DNA of 64,000 bases from Bdellovibrionales bacterium (GCA_965199825.1 OZ241329.1:1696001-1760000), one strand, 5' to 3'. Shown: positions 8,491 through 19,745, counted from the stretch's first letter. Notes: generated by a model from the letters alone, not told the origin. Translations and numbers: made by a program.

Positions 8491-11012
8491 AGAGTTTTTA
8501 TTTAGTCGACGTCAGCTCGATGTTTTTTCGTGCCTTTTATGCCATCCCTCCACTTACAAATGAAAAAGGTTTACCCACAAACGCGCTTTATGGTTTTTTA
8601 AATATGACCTTAAAACTCTTGCGTGATGTAAAACCCGATTATCTGGCTTTTTGTTTTGATCGGAAGGAGCGCTCGTTCCGCTTTGATCTTTATGATCAAT
8701 ACAAAGCTCACCGCGACGAGATGCCTGACGATCTTGCTTTACAAGTTCCATATATTCGCAAAATGACCGATGTCTTAGGGATCAAAGCGATTGATGCCGA
8801 AGGCTTTGAGGCCGACGATGTGATCGGAACTCTGACATCCTTTGGCAAAGAGCATGAGCTTGAAGTTGTCATTGTCAGTGGCGATAAGGATTTTGCTCAG
8901 CTCATCACCCAGAATGTTGTTATGTTCGATACGATGAAGGATGTGCGCTACACAGTAAGCGGCGTCAAAGACAAATGGGGGATCGAGCCGCATCAGATGA
9001 TCGATTATTTAAGTCTGGTGGGCGACAACTCGGATAATATTCCTGGGGTTAAAGGAATTGGAGCAAAGGGTGCTCAAAAACTTTTGAGTGAGTATGAGTC
9101 TCTTGATGGAATTTATAAAAATCTAGAAGCCATCAGCGGCAAAAGTATTAAACAAAAATTGATTGATGGAAAAGAGATGGCTTTTTTATCACAAAAACTC
9201 GTAACGATTCATCAAACCATTCCGTTAAAAATTGAACTTGAGGAATTTAAGCGCCGCGAACTGGATATGACAGCGGTAACCGAATTGCTGCTCGAACTTG
9301 GATTTAAAAATATTCTCAAAAATTTTCAAACAACAACAAATGCTCCCGCTGCAGCTCCAGCACCTGAGGCAGCCAAAAAAATTCGCAAAGCAAAACGTGG
9401 ACCTTTGGCTCTCATTTCCTTTGCCGAATTTATGAACACCGTACAGGCCTATAGCGACGTCTCACTTTTTGAGTCCATCAATGGACTTCACATCGCCCAC
9501 AAACAGGTGGTCGCTCAGGTTGATATTTCGGGTCCTGAATTTTCTAAAATTCTGGGTCAAAAACACTATCGCTACTCTGGTTTTGATATCAAAGAAATGT
9601 GGAAACTTCTCAATCTCACGGATCCTCTTTCACAATTTGATTCGATGATTGCAGCTTACGTGATCAAAGCGGGTGCGACAGGCGATTTTCAAGCAACCTA
9701 TAACAGTTTTATGCCCACCCAACTCACAGATCTTTTGAGGCCAGAAGAGATGTACTCGGCCCATCTTGAGCTCGAAGCCGTTTTAAAAGAGCAGCTTAAA
9801 ACTCGAAATGGCGAAGGCGTTTTTAAAAAAATCGAAATGCCGGTGGTCGCGGCTCTTTTTGCGATGGAGCAAAAGGGCATTTTGGTGGATCGCGAATTTT
9901 TGGGTCAACAAAGTCAGAGCCTCGATAAAGATTTGCGTGCTCTTGAAACCAAGGTTTTTGAATACTCCGATGGACCTTTTAATATCGGAAGTCCAAAACA
10001 ACTCGGCCAAATCTTATTTGATAAATTAAAACTTCCGGTACAGAAAAAAACCAAAACTGGTTATTCCACCGGAAGTGATGTTTTGGAAAAACTCGATCAC
10101 CCCATTGCCAAATTGATTGTCGAGTACAGAGAGCTTGCAAAACTCAAGAGCACCTACGTGGACGCGCTACCCCTTTTAATACACCCAGAGACGGGGCGTC
10201 TCCATACCACTTTTCGCCAAGCGCAAACCACCACCGGTCGGCTTTCGAGCGTAAACCCTAATCTTCAAAATATTCCGATACGCACCGAGCGTGGTCGCTT
10301 AGTTCGTAAAGCTTTTATTGCCGATGAAGGCAACCAACTCATTGCTGCAGACTATAGTCAGATTGAGCTCAGGATATTGGCGCACATGACAGATGACCCA
10401 GGACTGACGCGCGCCTTTAAAGAGGAATTGGATATTCACGCGGCAACCGCGAGCGAAATTTTCAATGTGGAATTAAAAAATGTGACAAGCGACATGCGCC
10501 GCGCCTCGAAGGCGGTCAATTTTGGAATCGCTTACGGCCAGGGAGCCTTCGGTCTTTCCGAAAGTTTGGGAATCCCCCGAAACGAAGCCTCAGATATCAT
10601 TAAGCGCTATTTTGATCGTTTTAAAAATGTGCGCGAGTATATGGATCAAACCATTCGGGCCGCTTATGAAAATGGTTATGTCGAAACTTTATTTGGGCGT
10701 CGACGTTATCTGGATGAACTCAAAAGCAAAAGCCAAGCGATCAAAAAATTTGGCGAACGTGCGGCGATCAATGCCCCCATGCAAGGAACCGCCAGTGATC
10801 TTGTGAAGATGGCCATGGTTAAAATTTATCAAGAAGTCTCAGTGCCCATCTTACTTCAAGTGCATGATGAATTACTTTTTGAGGCACCCGATCATTTGGT
10901 TCAAAGTGAGGTCGAGATCATCCGTAACGCTATGGAAAATGTTTATCGCCTGAACGTCCCCTTAAGAGTCAACATTGCCTGCGGAATCAATTGGGAAGAT
11001 GCCCATTCTTAA
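8487..11012 (+). CDS. polA: DNA polymerase I
   Basis: 5'-3' exonuclease motifs (FRAFYA, EADDVIGT, SGDKD, GDNSDNIPGV) and polymerase motifs TGRLSS, ADYSQIELR, KAVNFGIAYG, LQVHDEL. The proofreading domain looks degenerate. Confidence 0.98.
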   Translation: MKSFYLVDVSSMFFRAFYAIPPLTNEKGLPTNALYGFLNMTLKLLRDVKPDYLAFCFDRKERSFRFDLYDQYKAHRDEMPDDLALQVPYIRKMTDVLGIKAIDAEGFEADDVIGTLTSFGKEHELEVVIVSGDKDFAQLITQNVVMFDTMKDVRYTVSGVKDKWGIEPHQMIDYLSLVGDNSDNIPGVKGIGAKGAQKLLSEYESLDGIYKNLEAISGKSIKQKLIDGKEMAFLSQKLVTIHQTIPLKIELEEFKRRELDMTAVTELLLELGFKNILKNFQTTTNAPAAAPAPEAAKKIRKAKRGPLALISFAEFMNTVQAYSDVSLFESINGLHIAHKQVVAQVDISGPEFSKILGQKHYRYSGFDIKEMWKLLNLTDPLSQFDSMIAAYVIKAGATGDFQATYNSFMPTQLTDLLRPEEMYSAHLELEAVLKEQLKTRNGEGVFKKIEMPVVAALFAMEQKGILVDREFLGQQSQSLDKDLRALETKVFEYSDGPFNIGSPKQLGQILFDKLKLPVQKKTKTGYSTGSDVLEKLDHPIAKLIVEYRELAKLKSTYVDALPLLIHPETGRLHTTFRQAQTTTGRLSSVNPNLQNIPIRTERGRLVRKAFIADEGNQLIAADYSQIELRILAHMTDDPGLTRAFKEELDIHAATASEIFNVELKNVTSDMRRASKAVNFGIAYGQGAFGLSESLGIPRNEASDIIKRYFDRFKNVREYMDQTIRAAYENGYVETLFGRRRYLDELKSKSQAIKKFGERAAINAPMQGTASDLVKMAMVKIYQEVSVPILLQVHDELLFEAPDHLVQSEVEIIRNAMENVYRLNVPLRVNIACGINWEDAHS

Positions 11013-12196
11013 AAATTATATCGCCCAGTCATTGTCGCTTGGGTATTATCCACTTTTGATGACACAAACTGGGTGTGGATAAAAAAGATTTCGGGCCCCG
11101 CCACAAAATTTCCTTCTTTGTACTGAAACAGAATGGCTTCTACATTATTTTTGAGTCGCGACTGCAAAGTGGATGTTGAGTTCAGATCGGCAACATCATC
11201 CAGATTGGGCTGCGAAGTAGAAACAGTTGCGATACCGCTCCATCGTTCATTGAAATTATATCCCAACTGCAGCCAGCCCCCGACCTCATGAATGTCCTTT
11301 TCGATTTCGAATTGAATCAAATTGCCCAACAGTGGAGCGAGGTTCTTTCCATAATAAAACTCGGTTTTTAAAGTGAGATCCCCTTTTTGAAAAGCTCCCC
11401 CAATTTTAAATGCCACCACATCAAAATCCCTAAGTGGTGAAGTCTTTGTGATCGTGTCGGTGTTAGAAACGTAAGGGAGTTCGGTCGTCCGTGTTAAAGC
11501 AACTCGGTTGTAATGACCCACCAAAAACAAACGAGAATTTGGATTTGTCCATTTTACCCGGGCCTCGATACCGGGTAAACCCGAGAGTTGGCCAGCATCC
11601 ACGTTTTTATTATTTTGTGTTGATAACCCAAAGGCGTATGGATTTTCCCAATCTGATTTTAATAATTGCGCCGCAAGCTCTAACTTTGAACTATTAGAAT
11701 CAAGCGTATAAAAACCGCTAATTCCTGGCTCGCGCCAAGCGATATATCCTGATCCATAAAAAGGAAATGCGGTGTGAGCCAGGGATGTAGGAACCATGGC
11801 ATTGAGCAGTTGCCAATCCTGCCCAATTCGCAGCATCAGTTTGTCCCAATTGAATTCGAGATAGATTAATCGCAGTCTTGGGATGACATTGACTTCTCCA
11901 TAGCCACCAGGACTGTTTGTTCCAAAAAAATCGATCTCGCCGTAGACTTGAGGTTGTGTGCCGCCAAAAAGAGTTGGGCCCGAGGCTTGAAGGCTCAAAC
12001 GGGATTGTCGAATATCAAAACCAAGAGTGTCGGCTTTTTTATTATTTTGGGCGAGCAAAAATCCCGAGCCGTTGAGCAGCAACCCAGGAGTTGTTTGGTA
12101 GTAAGCGGTGGTAGTTAAAAAACCGTGGGCTTCGAATTTAAAATTCTCATCCGCAAAGCAATTCAAACCAAACAACAAAATCAAAAATTTTTTCAT
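11009..12196 (-). CDS. Outer-membrane porin, DcaP-like
   Basis: Signal peptide; FDIRQSRLSL, YGEIDFFG, PRLRLIY, LRIGQDW; alternating beta strands; C-terminal Phe (GRYNF). Confidence 0.75.
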   Translation of the reverse strand: MKKFLILLFGLNCFADENFKFEAHGFLTTTAYYQTTPGLLLNGSGFLLAQNNKKADTLGFDIRQSRLSLQASGPTLFGGTQPQVYGEIDFFGTNSPGGYGEVNVIPRLRLIYLEFNWDKLMLRIGQDWQLLNAMVPTSLAHTAFPFYGSGYIAWREPGISGFYTLDSNSSKLELAAQLLKSDWENPYAFGLSTQNNKNVDAGQLSGLPGIEARVKWTNPNSRLFLVGHYNRVALTRTTELPYVSNTDTITKTSPLRDFDVVAFKIGGAFQKGDLTLKTEFYYGKNLAPLLGNLIQFEIEKDIHEVGGWLQLGYNFNERWSGIATVSTSQPNLDDVADLNSTSTLQSRLKNNVEAILFQYKEGNFVAGPEIFFIHTQFVSSKVDNTQATMTGRYNF

Positions 12197-12223
12197 CCAG
12201 ATTCAATAACAGAGAACATCCTT

Positions 12224-12763
12224 TTATGAAAGCGCCTGGAGTTGTGAGCAATCGTTAGCAAAAAATCTAAGAGTGCGTTGCACTGCGGGCTTTTGATTGA
12301 GCCATCTTAAAATGTATTCGCAATCGGTAAAGAGCACTCGATCTTTTACGGTAGGGATCAATAAATGTTTTTGTCCAAGCAAACCTTGTAGCGTGGAGTA
12401 AGGGTAGTTTTGGACTTGAAGGCATAGGTGAGATTCTACCGGGTCACGATACATCTCTTTATAAGTTTTCATGTAATCTTCAGACGTACCGAGGCGTGTA
12501 CGATGGTAGGAGGCTTGTGGAATCACTTGCGCAATCTCTCGCTTAAAATAATTCATCGCTTCAGCCTGATTGTTATCTGGAAAAGCGGCGATCAGATGAA
12601 AATGGGTTTTCATCAAAACAAAAGCATGTGTATCGACCCTAAAGGCTTTATTTAAAAAATAAAGAGCATGCTCAAAAATGGGCCATGCCTCTTCGAGGGG
12701 TAGGGTGAGAAGTTGAGGAGTCGTTGTGAAATAAAATGGATATTGGTGTTTTTGTGTTTTCAT
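12224..12763 (-). CDS. Degenerate REP-associated/IS200-like (Y1 HUH) tyrosine transposase homolog
   Basis: HAFVLMKTHFHL (HUH motif) and YRDPVESHL...YPYST, resembling YxxxNPVxAG...YxWSS. Start placed at MKTQ; the ORF track gives 12781. Confidence 0.7.
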   Translation of the reverse strand: MKTQKHQYPFYFTTTPQLLTLPLEEAWPIFEHALYFLNKAFRVDTHAFVLMKTHFHLIAAFPDNNQAEAMNYFKREIAQVIPQASYHRTRLGTSEDYMKTYKEMYRDPVESHLCLQVQNYPYSTLQGLLGQKHLLIPTVKDRVLFTDCEYILRWLNQKPAVQRTLRFFANDCSQLQALS

Positions 12764-12856
12764 GCTGAGTGATAAAAGCAAACAGCACTCCGGGATCAGA
12801 TCTTTATTAGCCGCACTTGAAGACTTCAGACGTCCGGCCGAGTCAACGAACTCCGG

Positions 12857-13492
12857 TTAAAGAGTTTCCCAACCCACCACGCGACCAGCTTCGAAATAGA
12901 TAAATCTTAATTGTTTGTTATAGCCATCAGTTCCTGAAACGTAGCGGGTGTACTTCCAGCGTTGGTTTCCGTAGGTGGGATTACCACTGACCTCGATCAA
13001 GTCAGGATCGCCCCAACTTTCTTGAACAGCTCGGTGCGACATTCCCAGTGCAATATCATTCTTCTCAATAAGAGTGGCGGTTTGGGGTGAAAAGTTTTGG
13101 TCACTATTTCGAATCCCATGATCTGAGGCGTATCGTTCACGAGCATCAATTGTTGGAAGACGCAAAAACTGCACTCGTTCATTATCTGAATTCATAAGAC
13201 TTTTAAGGCTAAAATATTGGCGACGCTCGCGGTCGGACTGCATGCGGGCCTCTAATTTTTTTAAAACTAAGCGATTGTGAAGCCGATCTTCCTCGTCGCC
13301 GGTCAAAGGATAGTTACCGAGATAACCCAATTCTTGGCGAGTGACGGACTCATCATAGGCCTGTTTTTCTGTGGTCAGAGTATCGTAGTGAGTGGATTCA
13401 CTGTTTTCACTGTAACCAGATTGTTCAGAGCGTGAGAATGAGGAACAGGCCGTAAGTCCGACTGCAATTAAAAGAACAAAAATAAAATTCAT
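12857..13492 (-). CDS. Hypothetical lipoprotein with C-terminal BamE/SmpA-like domain
   Basis: GAGGAG RBS before ATG 13492; lipobox LTAC; IALGMSHRAVQESWGDPD...RWKY...IYFEAGRVVGW. Confidence 0.75.
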   Translation of the reverse strand: MNFIFVLLIAVGLTACSSFSRSEQSGYSENSESTHYDTLTTEKQAYDESVTRQELGYLGNYPLTGDEEDRLHNRLVLKKLEARMQSDRERRQYFSLKSLMNSDNERVQFLRLPTIDARERYASDHGIRNSDQNFSPQTATLIEKNDIALGMSHRAVQESWGDPDLIEVSGNPTYGNQRWKYTRYVSGTDGYNKQLRFIYFEAGRVVGWETL

Positions 13493-13512
13493 GGTGTGAC
13501 TCCTCATTTAAC

Positions 13513-13539
13513 GTTTCGGAGTGAAACACAAAAATTAAA
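13513..13539 (-). promoter_or_regulatory. Putative sigma28 (FliA)-like promoter of the lipoprotein gene
   Basis: Minus strand TTTA-N15-TCCGAAAC just upstream of the RBS, resembling TAAA-N15-GCCGATAA. Confidence 0.35.
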
Positions 13540-13575
13540 GTCCAACTTCTGTGAGTCCTGCGCCATACTTTTGTC

Positions 13576-14340
13576 ATGGCAACAGATAAGGTGAATAAAA
13601 CTGAAGAACTTGATGAGCTCCTAAGGCAAGAAGATCCCGAATTTGCGCGCCAAATGGACTCACTCAAAATTGAAACCAAAAATATCGAAATCAAGAGTGT
13701 CGAGCTTGCGCTTGAAGGCGCATTTGAAGAAAAACCGAGTCTCAAAAATCGACTTCACGCGATGACCGCCAATTTTTCAATCAAGGATCTTTTTAAATAT
13801 TTCTTTATCCAACTCAAAATTATTTGGCGAACACCGTTTTCAAAAAAAATTGCGGTCCTGGTAATTTTAATTCTGTTGGGCGTGGTGATGGAACTTGCCT
13901 TAAGAAATCTGAGAGGGACCTGGATTCCGACCTATCAAAAAGGATTTATCCAAAGTTTTGATTCTGTGGCTGATCATGTGATGGAATCCGAAAAAATGCT
14001 TCTACTTGATGATGCCCTACCGTTACCCGAGTATCAGGTGCTGCTCGAAAAAGTGGTTGTCAATCTCAAGCGCATTGAGGGCTCAAACGCAAATCCAATG
14101 GGGACCTTCGAAATCTATGCGGGTGCCGAAAATAACGAAACCGCAATTGAACTCAGAGCCAGAAAAAACGAAATGATTGATGTGGTCTCACGAGCAATCG
14201 AAGATTTGACCTATGCGGACATCACCCAAGATCCAAAGAACACTCGCCTTAAAGACACAGTTTTAAAGGCCCTGAATTCCAACCTGAGTCAGGGCTCGGT
14301 GCGCCGGGTTTATCTTAAAACAAATATCACAAAGCCCTAA
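13576..14340 (+). CDS. fliL: Flagellar basal body-associated FliL family protein
   Basis: One TM segment, then VVVNLK...IELRAR...IDVVSR...LTYADI...[10 protein letters not shown]...VRRVYL. Acidic N-terminal extension. Confidence 0.75.
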   Translation: MATDKVNKTEELDELLRQEDPEFARQMDSLKIETKNIEIKSVELALEGAFEEKPSLKNRLHAMTANFSIKDLFKYFFIQLKIIWRTPFSKKIAVLVILILLGVVMELALRNLRGTWIPTYQKGFIQSFDSVADHVMESEKMLLLDDALPLPEYQVLLEKVVVNLKRIEGSNANPMGTFEIYAGAENNETAIELRARKNEMIDVVSRAIEDLTYADITQDPKNTRLKDTVLKALNSNLSQGSVRRVYLKTNITKP

Positions 14341-15593
14341 ACCTCGATGGCATAAGCACGAATCCGGTCGTGGAGAGTGCTCTTTGGAATTCCAAGATCA
14401 TCGGCGGTTCGACGTTGATTTCCTTTATTGGCTTTCAGCCGGGTCATGATCAATTCGCGCTCTAGAGATTTCAAAGAAAACTTTCCGCTCGGAAGTTTGA
14501 GCCCAAGATCTGGAAATTTATCTGGAGGAGAATCAATTAACCGTGTCACATGTTCGGCTTCGACAGTTTGACTGCCAAATAGCACTCGGGCACGGGCCAC
14601 CATATTTTTGAGTTCTCGAATATTGCCGGGCCACGAATGTTTTTTTAATTCGGCAATTGCTCCATGAGAAAATCGAACCTTCGAATGGCGAGCAAAGGTA
14701 AACAGAAGAGTCTCAAAATCCTCGAGCCGATCTTTAAGAGCAGGGGGTCGAAGAGTCATACCTTGAAGACGATAGAATAAATCAAAACGAAAAGCTCCGC
14801 GCTGCGCTTGGCCCTCAAGATCCTGATGGGTTGCGGCGACAATTCGGATGTCGGTTTGTATGGTTGAATCACTTCCTACTGGTCGGATTTCTTGATTTTC
14901 TAGCGCGCGCAAAAGTTTAGGTTGCAGTTGCAAAGGAAGATCCCCAATTTCATCTAAAAAAAGTGTTCCTCCGCGAGCAGTTTCAAATGCCCCTTTGCGA
15001 TCGTTTTGGGCTCCGGTAAAACTGCCGCGAATGTGCCCAAATAATTCACTCTCAACGAGCGATTCACTGAGCGCACTGCAGTTGACACTCACAAAAGGTC
15101 CTTCGCGCCGGCTCGAGAGATCATGCACTGCACGTGCGATCAGTTCTTTACCAACACCACTTGGACCAAGAATCAAAACCGGAATGTTTTCGGCTGCGAT
15201 CGAAGGTAGGTTTTTAAGTTGTAATGAATAATTGGGATTTTTACTGGTGAGCGATAATGTCGAATGTGGTTGCGAATTTGAAAAAACAAATTCCGACTTT
15301 CCAATTCGGATGCAGTCTTGGTCGTTTAAGACCGCCTCCATAATGGCCACTCCATTTACGTAAGTTCCATTACGCGATTGCAAATCGCGAAGCACAAAGC
15401 CAAAGGATTTTTGTTCAATTCGGGCATGACGGTGTGAGGTGTAGGAATCGTCGATGGCCACCGTGTTTTCGGGTCCCCGCCCGATCGTCACAAATGCGGT
15501 GAGTGGAAGAGGTTCTTGGAGCCGAGCTCCTGTAAGAAAAGGTTGAACACCTGATGCTGCAGTTGATTTGCTGAGACGAATTGTGGTTGCCAT
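14337..15593 (-). CDS. FHA-domain sigma54-dependent transcriptional activator (FHA-AAA+-HTH)
   Basis: GGAGG RBS before ATG 15593. FHA (IGR, SHRHA, SRNGT), Walker [37 protein letters not shown], Fis-type HTH. Confidence 0.93.
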   Translation of the reverse strand: MATTIRLSKSTAASGVQPFLTGARLQEPLPLTAFVTIGRGPENTVAIDDSYTSHRHARIEQKSFGFVLRDLQSRNGTYVNGVAIMEAVLNDQDCIRIGKSEFVFSNSQPHSTLSLTSKNPNYSLQLKNLPSIAAENIPVLILGPSGVGKELIARAVHDLSSRREGPFVSVNCSALSESLVESELFGHIRGSFTGAQNDRKGAFETARGGTLFLDEIGDLPLQLQPKLLRALENQEIRPVGSDSTIQTDIRIVAATHQDLEGQAQRGAFRFDLFYRLQGMTLRPPALKDRLEDFETLLFTFARHSKVRFSHGAIAELKKHSWPGNIRELKNMVARARVLFGSQTVEAEHVTRLIDSPPDKFPDLGLKLPSGKFSLKSLERELIMTRLKANKGNQRRTADDLGIPKSTLHDRIRAYAIEV

Positions 15594-15728
15594 TAAAGAT
15601 CCTCCATAAAACACGGAGTACCAAAATTGATGCCTGCCCAAATATTTTATAGGCGAGTTCGCCTCAGGTTTGTCCGAGCTGCGGAAACAATTCTCTTAGA
15701 AACCGGACATTGAAGTAGATGGTGCCGC

Positions 15729-16316
15729 GTGTTAATGATGATCGCTATGAATATTCAGTTTTTAAAAAGTGCAAAAGAACTTGAAGATTGTCCCGAAGAA
15801 AACCGTCCCGAGGTGGCTTTGATGGGTCGATCCAATGCCGGTAAAAGTTCTTTTTTAAATGCTCTCACCGATCAAAATATTGCCAAGGTGAGCCAAGTTC
15901 CGGGCAAAACTCGGTTACTCAATTTTTTTGATGTGGGCGAAAAATATCGTCTCGTCGATATGCCAGGCTATGGCTATGCGTCGCGCGGTGGAGATGAACG
16001 AGTCTCCTGGGGTCAGATGGTCGAAAATTTTGTTCGTGGACGCGACAATTTGGTTGGCGCGCTCTTAATTATGGATATTCGCCGTGATTGGAGTGATGAC
16101 GAGAAAGTCATTGCACAGTGGGTGTTTGATCGCCATTTGCCGATCAGCGTGGTGCTCAACAAAGGTGATAAGTGCTCGCGCTCAGAGCTTTCAAAACGCC
16201 AAGCTTATTTTAGCAAAACTTTAAAAGACATTCCGTATTTTGTTGTATCGGCGACCAAAAAAACCGGAATCAAATCGGTCGAAGCCGCGATGTTTAAAAA
16301 TTGGATCAACCTGTGA
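15729..16316 (+). CDS. engB: Ribosome biogenesis GTPase YihA/YsxC/EngB
   Basis: GRSNAGKSS, PGKT, DMPGYG, NKGD, VSA. The exact start Met is uncertain. Confidence 0.95.
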   Translation: MLMMIAMNIQFLKSAKELEDCPEENRPEVALMGRSNAGKSSFLNALTDQNIAKVSQVPGKTRLLNFFDVGEKYRLVDMPGYGYASRGGDERVSWGQMVENFVRGRDNLVGALLIMDIRRDWSDDEKVIAQWVFDRHLPISVVLNKGDKCSRSELSKRQAYFSKTLKDIPYFVVSATKKTGIKSVEAAMFKNWINL

Positions 16317-17050
16317 CGGTTGTAGGTGTTATTCCTGCGCGATTTGGATCCACCCGATTTCCGGGTAAGCCGCTCAAAGAAATTTTAGGTAAACCACTTT
16401 TGGCCTATGTCATTGAGGCTGCAAAAAAAAGTAAAAGCTTAAGCGAAGTGATCGTAGCAACCGATCATCAAGAAATTGCGCAGCTGGCGGAAACTTGTGG
16501 CGCACGTGTTGTGATGACCGATCCCGAACTTCCCTCTGGGAGTGATCGGGTTTTTAAAGCCATCGAAAACGACCGCGTGGATGTGGTGGTCAACATTCAA
16601 GGTGATGAGCCTTTGTTAAAGCCAGAGATGATCGACAATTTGGTGCGACCCTTTGAGCGCGACAAAGAACTTCAGATGACCACTCTGGCTCGGACTCTCA
16701 ATGAAGAAGATCTTAATTCCATCCAGACCGCCAAGATCGTGGTGAATAAAAAATTTGAAGCCCTTTATTTTTCTCGCTTACCCATTCCTTATTCGCGTCA
16801 GCCGTTTGATCCGGCGGGTGAAGCTGGCTGTCTCAAGCACATCGGTATTTATGCTTATCGCAAACATTTTCTCGAAATTTTTTGTCGCAAGGGGCCGGTG
16901 ATTTTGGAACAGCTCGAAGGTTTGGAGCAGTTAAGAGCCCTTTATTTAGGCGCGCGGATTCGTGTGGTGCAGGTCGACGAGGAGAGCTGGGGCGTTGACA
17001 CTCCAGAAGATATCGCAAAGGTTGAATATCTTTTGAAAGGTGTAAAATGA
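16313..17050 (+). CDS. kdsB: 3-deoxy-manno-octulosonate cytidylyltransferase
   Basis: [56 protein letters not shown] 16313 overlaps the engB stop. Confidence 0.96.
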   Translation: MTVVGVIPARFGSTRFPGKPLKEILGKPLLAYVIEAAKKSKSLSEVIVATDHQEIAQLAETCGARVVMTDPELPSGSDRVFKAIENDRVDVVVNIQGDEPLLKPEMIDNLVRPFERDKELQMTTLARTLNEEDLNSIQTAKIVVNKKFEALYFSRLPIPYSRQPFDPAGEAGCLKHIGIYAYRKHFLEIFCRKGPVILEQLEGLEQLRALYLGARIRVVQVDEESWGVDTPEDIAKVEYLLKGVK

Positions 17051-18765
17051 TGAAGCGAAACCCCACCCGGTCTACAACCAAAAAGCTTGTCCAAAAATAT
17101 ATTTTCGTTACTGGGGGAGTGGTTTCATCGATTGGTAAAGGTCTCTCAGCTGCAAGTCTTGGAACATTGCTCGAAAGCCGCGGGATCAAGGTCGCCTTAA
17201 TGAAATGTGATCCCTATATTAATGTGGATCCAGGAACGATGTCACCCCTTCAACATGGCGAAGTCTACGTCACCGAAGATGGGGCTGAGACCGATTTGGA
17301 TTTGGGCCACTACGAGCGATTTACCCACGTGTCGGTGGGCCGATCCAATTCGGTTACCGCAGGCCAAGTGTATGAAAGTGTAATTTCAAAGGAACGCCGA
17401 GGTGATTATCTCGGTGGGACCGTTCAGGTGATCCCGCACATCACGAACGAAATTAAATCGCGCATCTTTGATGCGGCTCAAGGATCAGAAGTTTGTATTG
17501 TCGAAATTGGTGGAACAATTGGTGACATTGAAGGTTTGCCATTTATCGAGGCCATCCGTCAGATGCGCGCCGATTTTGGTATCGAAAATACCATCTTTGT
17601 TCATGTCACTTACGTGCCGTATATTGCAGCGGCGGGAGAATTAAAAAGTAAACCAACACAGCATTCGGTTAAAGAATTGCGCGAGGTCGGGATTCAGCCC
17701 GATTTTTTGATTTGTCGCAGTGAGCGACCTATCCCTACAGACATAAAAAATAAGATCGCACTTTTTTGTAGCGTGCAATCGGACTACGTGATTGCGGCCA
17801 GTGACTCGCAAAGCATTTATGAAGTTCCGCTTGTTTTGTATCGCGAAAAATTTGATCAAAAAGTTGTAGATCGTTTGCAGCTTGAGTCTTCAAAGCCCGA
17901 TATGGCGGGCTGGTCCGCAATGGTGCAAACTTTAAAAACACCAGCGCGAGAGGTGACTATTGGTCTCGTTGGAAAATATGTGGATCTTAAAGAAAGTTAT
18001 AAATCACTTAACGAAGCAATTATTCATGGCGGTATTGCCAACAATTCAAAAGTAAATTTGGTTTACGTTGATTCCGAAACTCTCGATCAAGCCAACGTCA
18101 AACAAGCCCTCTCCAGTGTTGAGGGGATATTGGTTCCCGGTGGCTTTGGTGAGCGCGGGGCCGAAGGAAAAATGGCTGCGATCCGTTATGCGAGAGAAAA
18201 TCGAATTCCTTATTTTGGAATTTGTTTTGGTATGCAACTCGCAGCCATCGAATTTGCCCGCAATGTGTGCGGCATTACCGATGCAACAAGCCGGGAATTT
18301 ATAAAAGGCAAAAAAAATTCGCGCAATTTCGTGATCGATTTTATGGAAGAACAAAAAAATCTAAAAGATATGGGCGGCACTATGCGCTTAGGGTCTTACC
18401 CCTGTCATGTGAACAAATCGAGCAGGGCTTATCAGATTTATCAAACTTCGCAAATTACCGAGCGTCATCGCCACCGATATGAGTTCAACAATAAATATCG
18501 ACCGCTATTTGAAAAGCACGGGATGAACCTTTCGGGCATTTGCCGCGAACGAGACCTTGTTGAAATAATCGAAATCGCATCTCATCCTTGGTTTTTTGGT
18601 GTGCAGTTTCATCCTGAATTTCAGAGTAAACCTTTGTTGCCGCATCCGTTGTTTCAAAGTTTTGTAAAGGCCGCTTTGGACAACAAAAAAGTGGTCAGTA
18701 AAAAATCGGATCAAAAATTTTTTAAAAAATCGCGCTCTTTAAGAGGATCACATGCTCAATCTTGA
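17047..18765 (+). CDS. pyrG: CTP synthase
   Basis: [46 protein letters not shown]. Confidence 0.98.
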   Translation: MMKRNPTRSTTKKLVQKYIFVTGGVVSSIGKGLSAASLGTLLESRGIKVALMKCDPYINVDPGTMSPLQHGEVYVTEDGAETDLDLGHYERFTHVSVGRSNSVTAGQVYESVISKERRGDYLGGTVQVIPHITNEIKSRIFDAAQGSEVCIVEIGGTIGDIEGLPFIEAIRQMRADFGIENTIFVHVTYVPYIAAAGELKSKPTQHSVKELREVGIQPDFLICRSERPIPTDIKNKIALFCSVQSDYVIAASDSQSIYEVPLVLYREKFDQKVVDRLQLESSKPDMAGWSAMVQTLKTPAREVTIGLVGKYVDLKESYKSLNEAIIHGGIANNSKVNLVYVDSETLDQANVKQALSSVEGILVPGGFGERGAEGKMAAIRYARENRIPYFGICFGMQLAAIEFARNVCGITDATSREFIKGKKNSRNFVIDFMEEQKNLKDMGGTMRLGSYPCHVNKSSRAYQIYQTSQITERHRHRYEFNNKYRPLFEKHGMNLSGICRERDLVEIIEIASHPWFFGVQFHPEFQSKPLLPHPLFQSFVKAALDNKKVVSKKSDQKFFKKSRSLRGSHAQS

Positions 18766-19720
18766 TGAGGCTCGTCGGGTCTTAAAAAATGAGGCCGAAG
18801 CCTTGATTGAAATGGCCGAGCGACTCGACCAAAATTTTTTGACCGCGGTTGAAATTGTGATTCAAACAAAGGGAAAGTTGATTGTGACCGGTGTTGGAAA
18901 ATCAGGTCATATGGGTCGAAAAATCGCCTCGACGTTTTCGTCTACCGGAACACCCGCTTTATTTCTCCATCCTACAGAGAGTTCGCACGGAGACTTAGGT
19001 GTGATTGCTCAGGGCGATACCGTACTTGCGATGAGTTATGGTGGAAATACTCCTGAGCTCACCCAGCTGCTCAATTTTGTAGCGCGCAAAAACATTCCAT
19101 TGATTGCGATGACCGGAAATCAACAAAGCCCTCTTGCTCGTGCCGCAACTGTGGTTTTAGATATCAGCGTCAAAGAAGAAGCCTGTCCCTTAGGACTTGC
19201 TCCCACCACCAGCAGCACCGCAAGTGTCGCACTTGGTGATGCCTTAGCGATGACGGTGTTACGAGAAAAAGGATTTAAAAAAGAGCAGTTTGCCGAATTT
19301 CATCCAGGGGGAAGCCTTGGTCGACGATTACTCACAAAAGTTCGAGATGTGATGCATGTCGATGCGGCTTTACCGCTTGTTTCACCACAAGAGCCGATGA
19401 CAAAGGTGATCTCGCTGATGACTGCAAAAGATGTCCGAGGCGTTGCCGGAGTCATCGACGCCGAGGGAATCTTGATGGGAGTAGTAACTGATGGAGATAT
19501 TCGCCGTCGTCTTGAAAAAAGCAATTCAGCACTGACCGAAACTGCGGGTGAATTGATGTCAAAAAATCCAAAATTGATCGATGCCGATGAGCTTGCCGAA
19601 AAGGCTTTATTCTTGATGGAGCAGTTTCAGATTCAGACACTCTTTGCGGTGGAGTCGGTGACCAAAAAGCCCGTAGGCATTCTGCACTTACAAGATCTTT
19701 TGAAAGCTCAAATCCGTTAA
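18752..19720 (+). CDS. kdsD: Arabinose-5-phosphate isomerase (KpsF/GutQ; SIS plus two CBS domains)
   Basis: [45 protein letters not shown]. Confidence 0.96.
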   Translation: MLNLDEARRVLKNEAEALIEMAERLDQNFLTAVEIVIQTKGKLIVTGVGKSGHMGRKIASTFSSTGTPALFLHPTESSHGDLGVIAQGDTVLAMSYGGNTPELTQLLNFVARKNIPLIAMTGNQQSPLARAATVVLDISVKEEACPLGLAPTTSSTASVALGDALAMTVLREKGFKKEQFAEFHPGGSLGRRLLTKVRDVMHVDAALPLVSPQEPMTKVISLMTAKDVRGVAGVIDAEGILMGVVTDGDIRRRLEKSNSALTETAGELMSKNPKLIDADELAEKALFLMEQFQIQTLFAVESVTKKPVGILHLQDLLKAQIR

Positions 19721-19745
19721 AAGCCAAAATCCCATTTTCTTTTAG

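Noticed and set aside
12782..12856. Short palindrome TGAAG-A-CTTCA next to the RAYT-like gene as a REP or IS end
   Set aside because: Single short copy with no repeat seen elsewhere, so it does not support an active mobile element.
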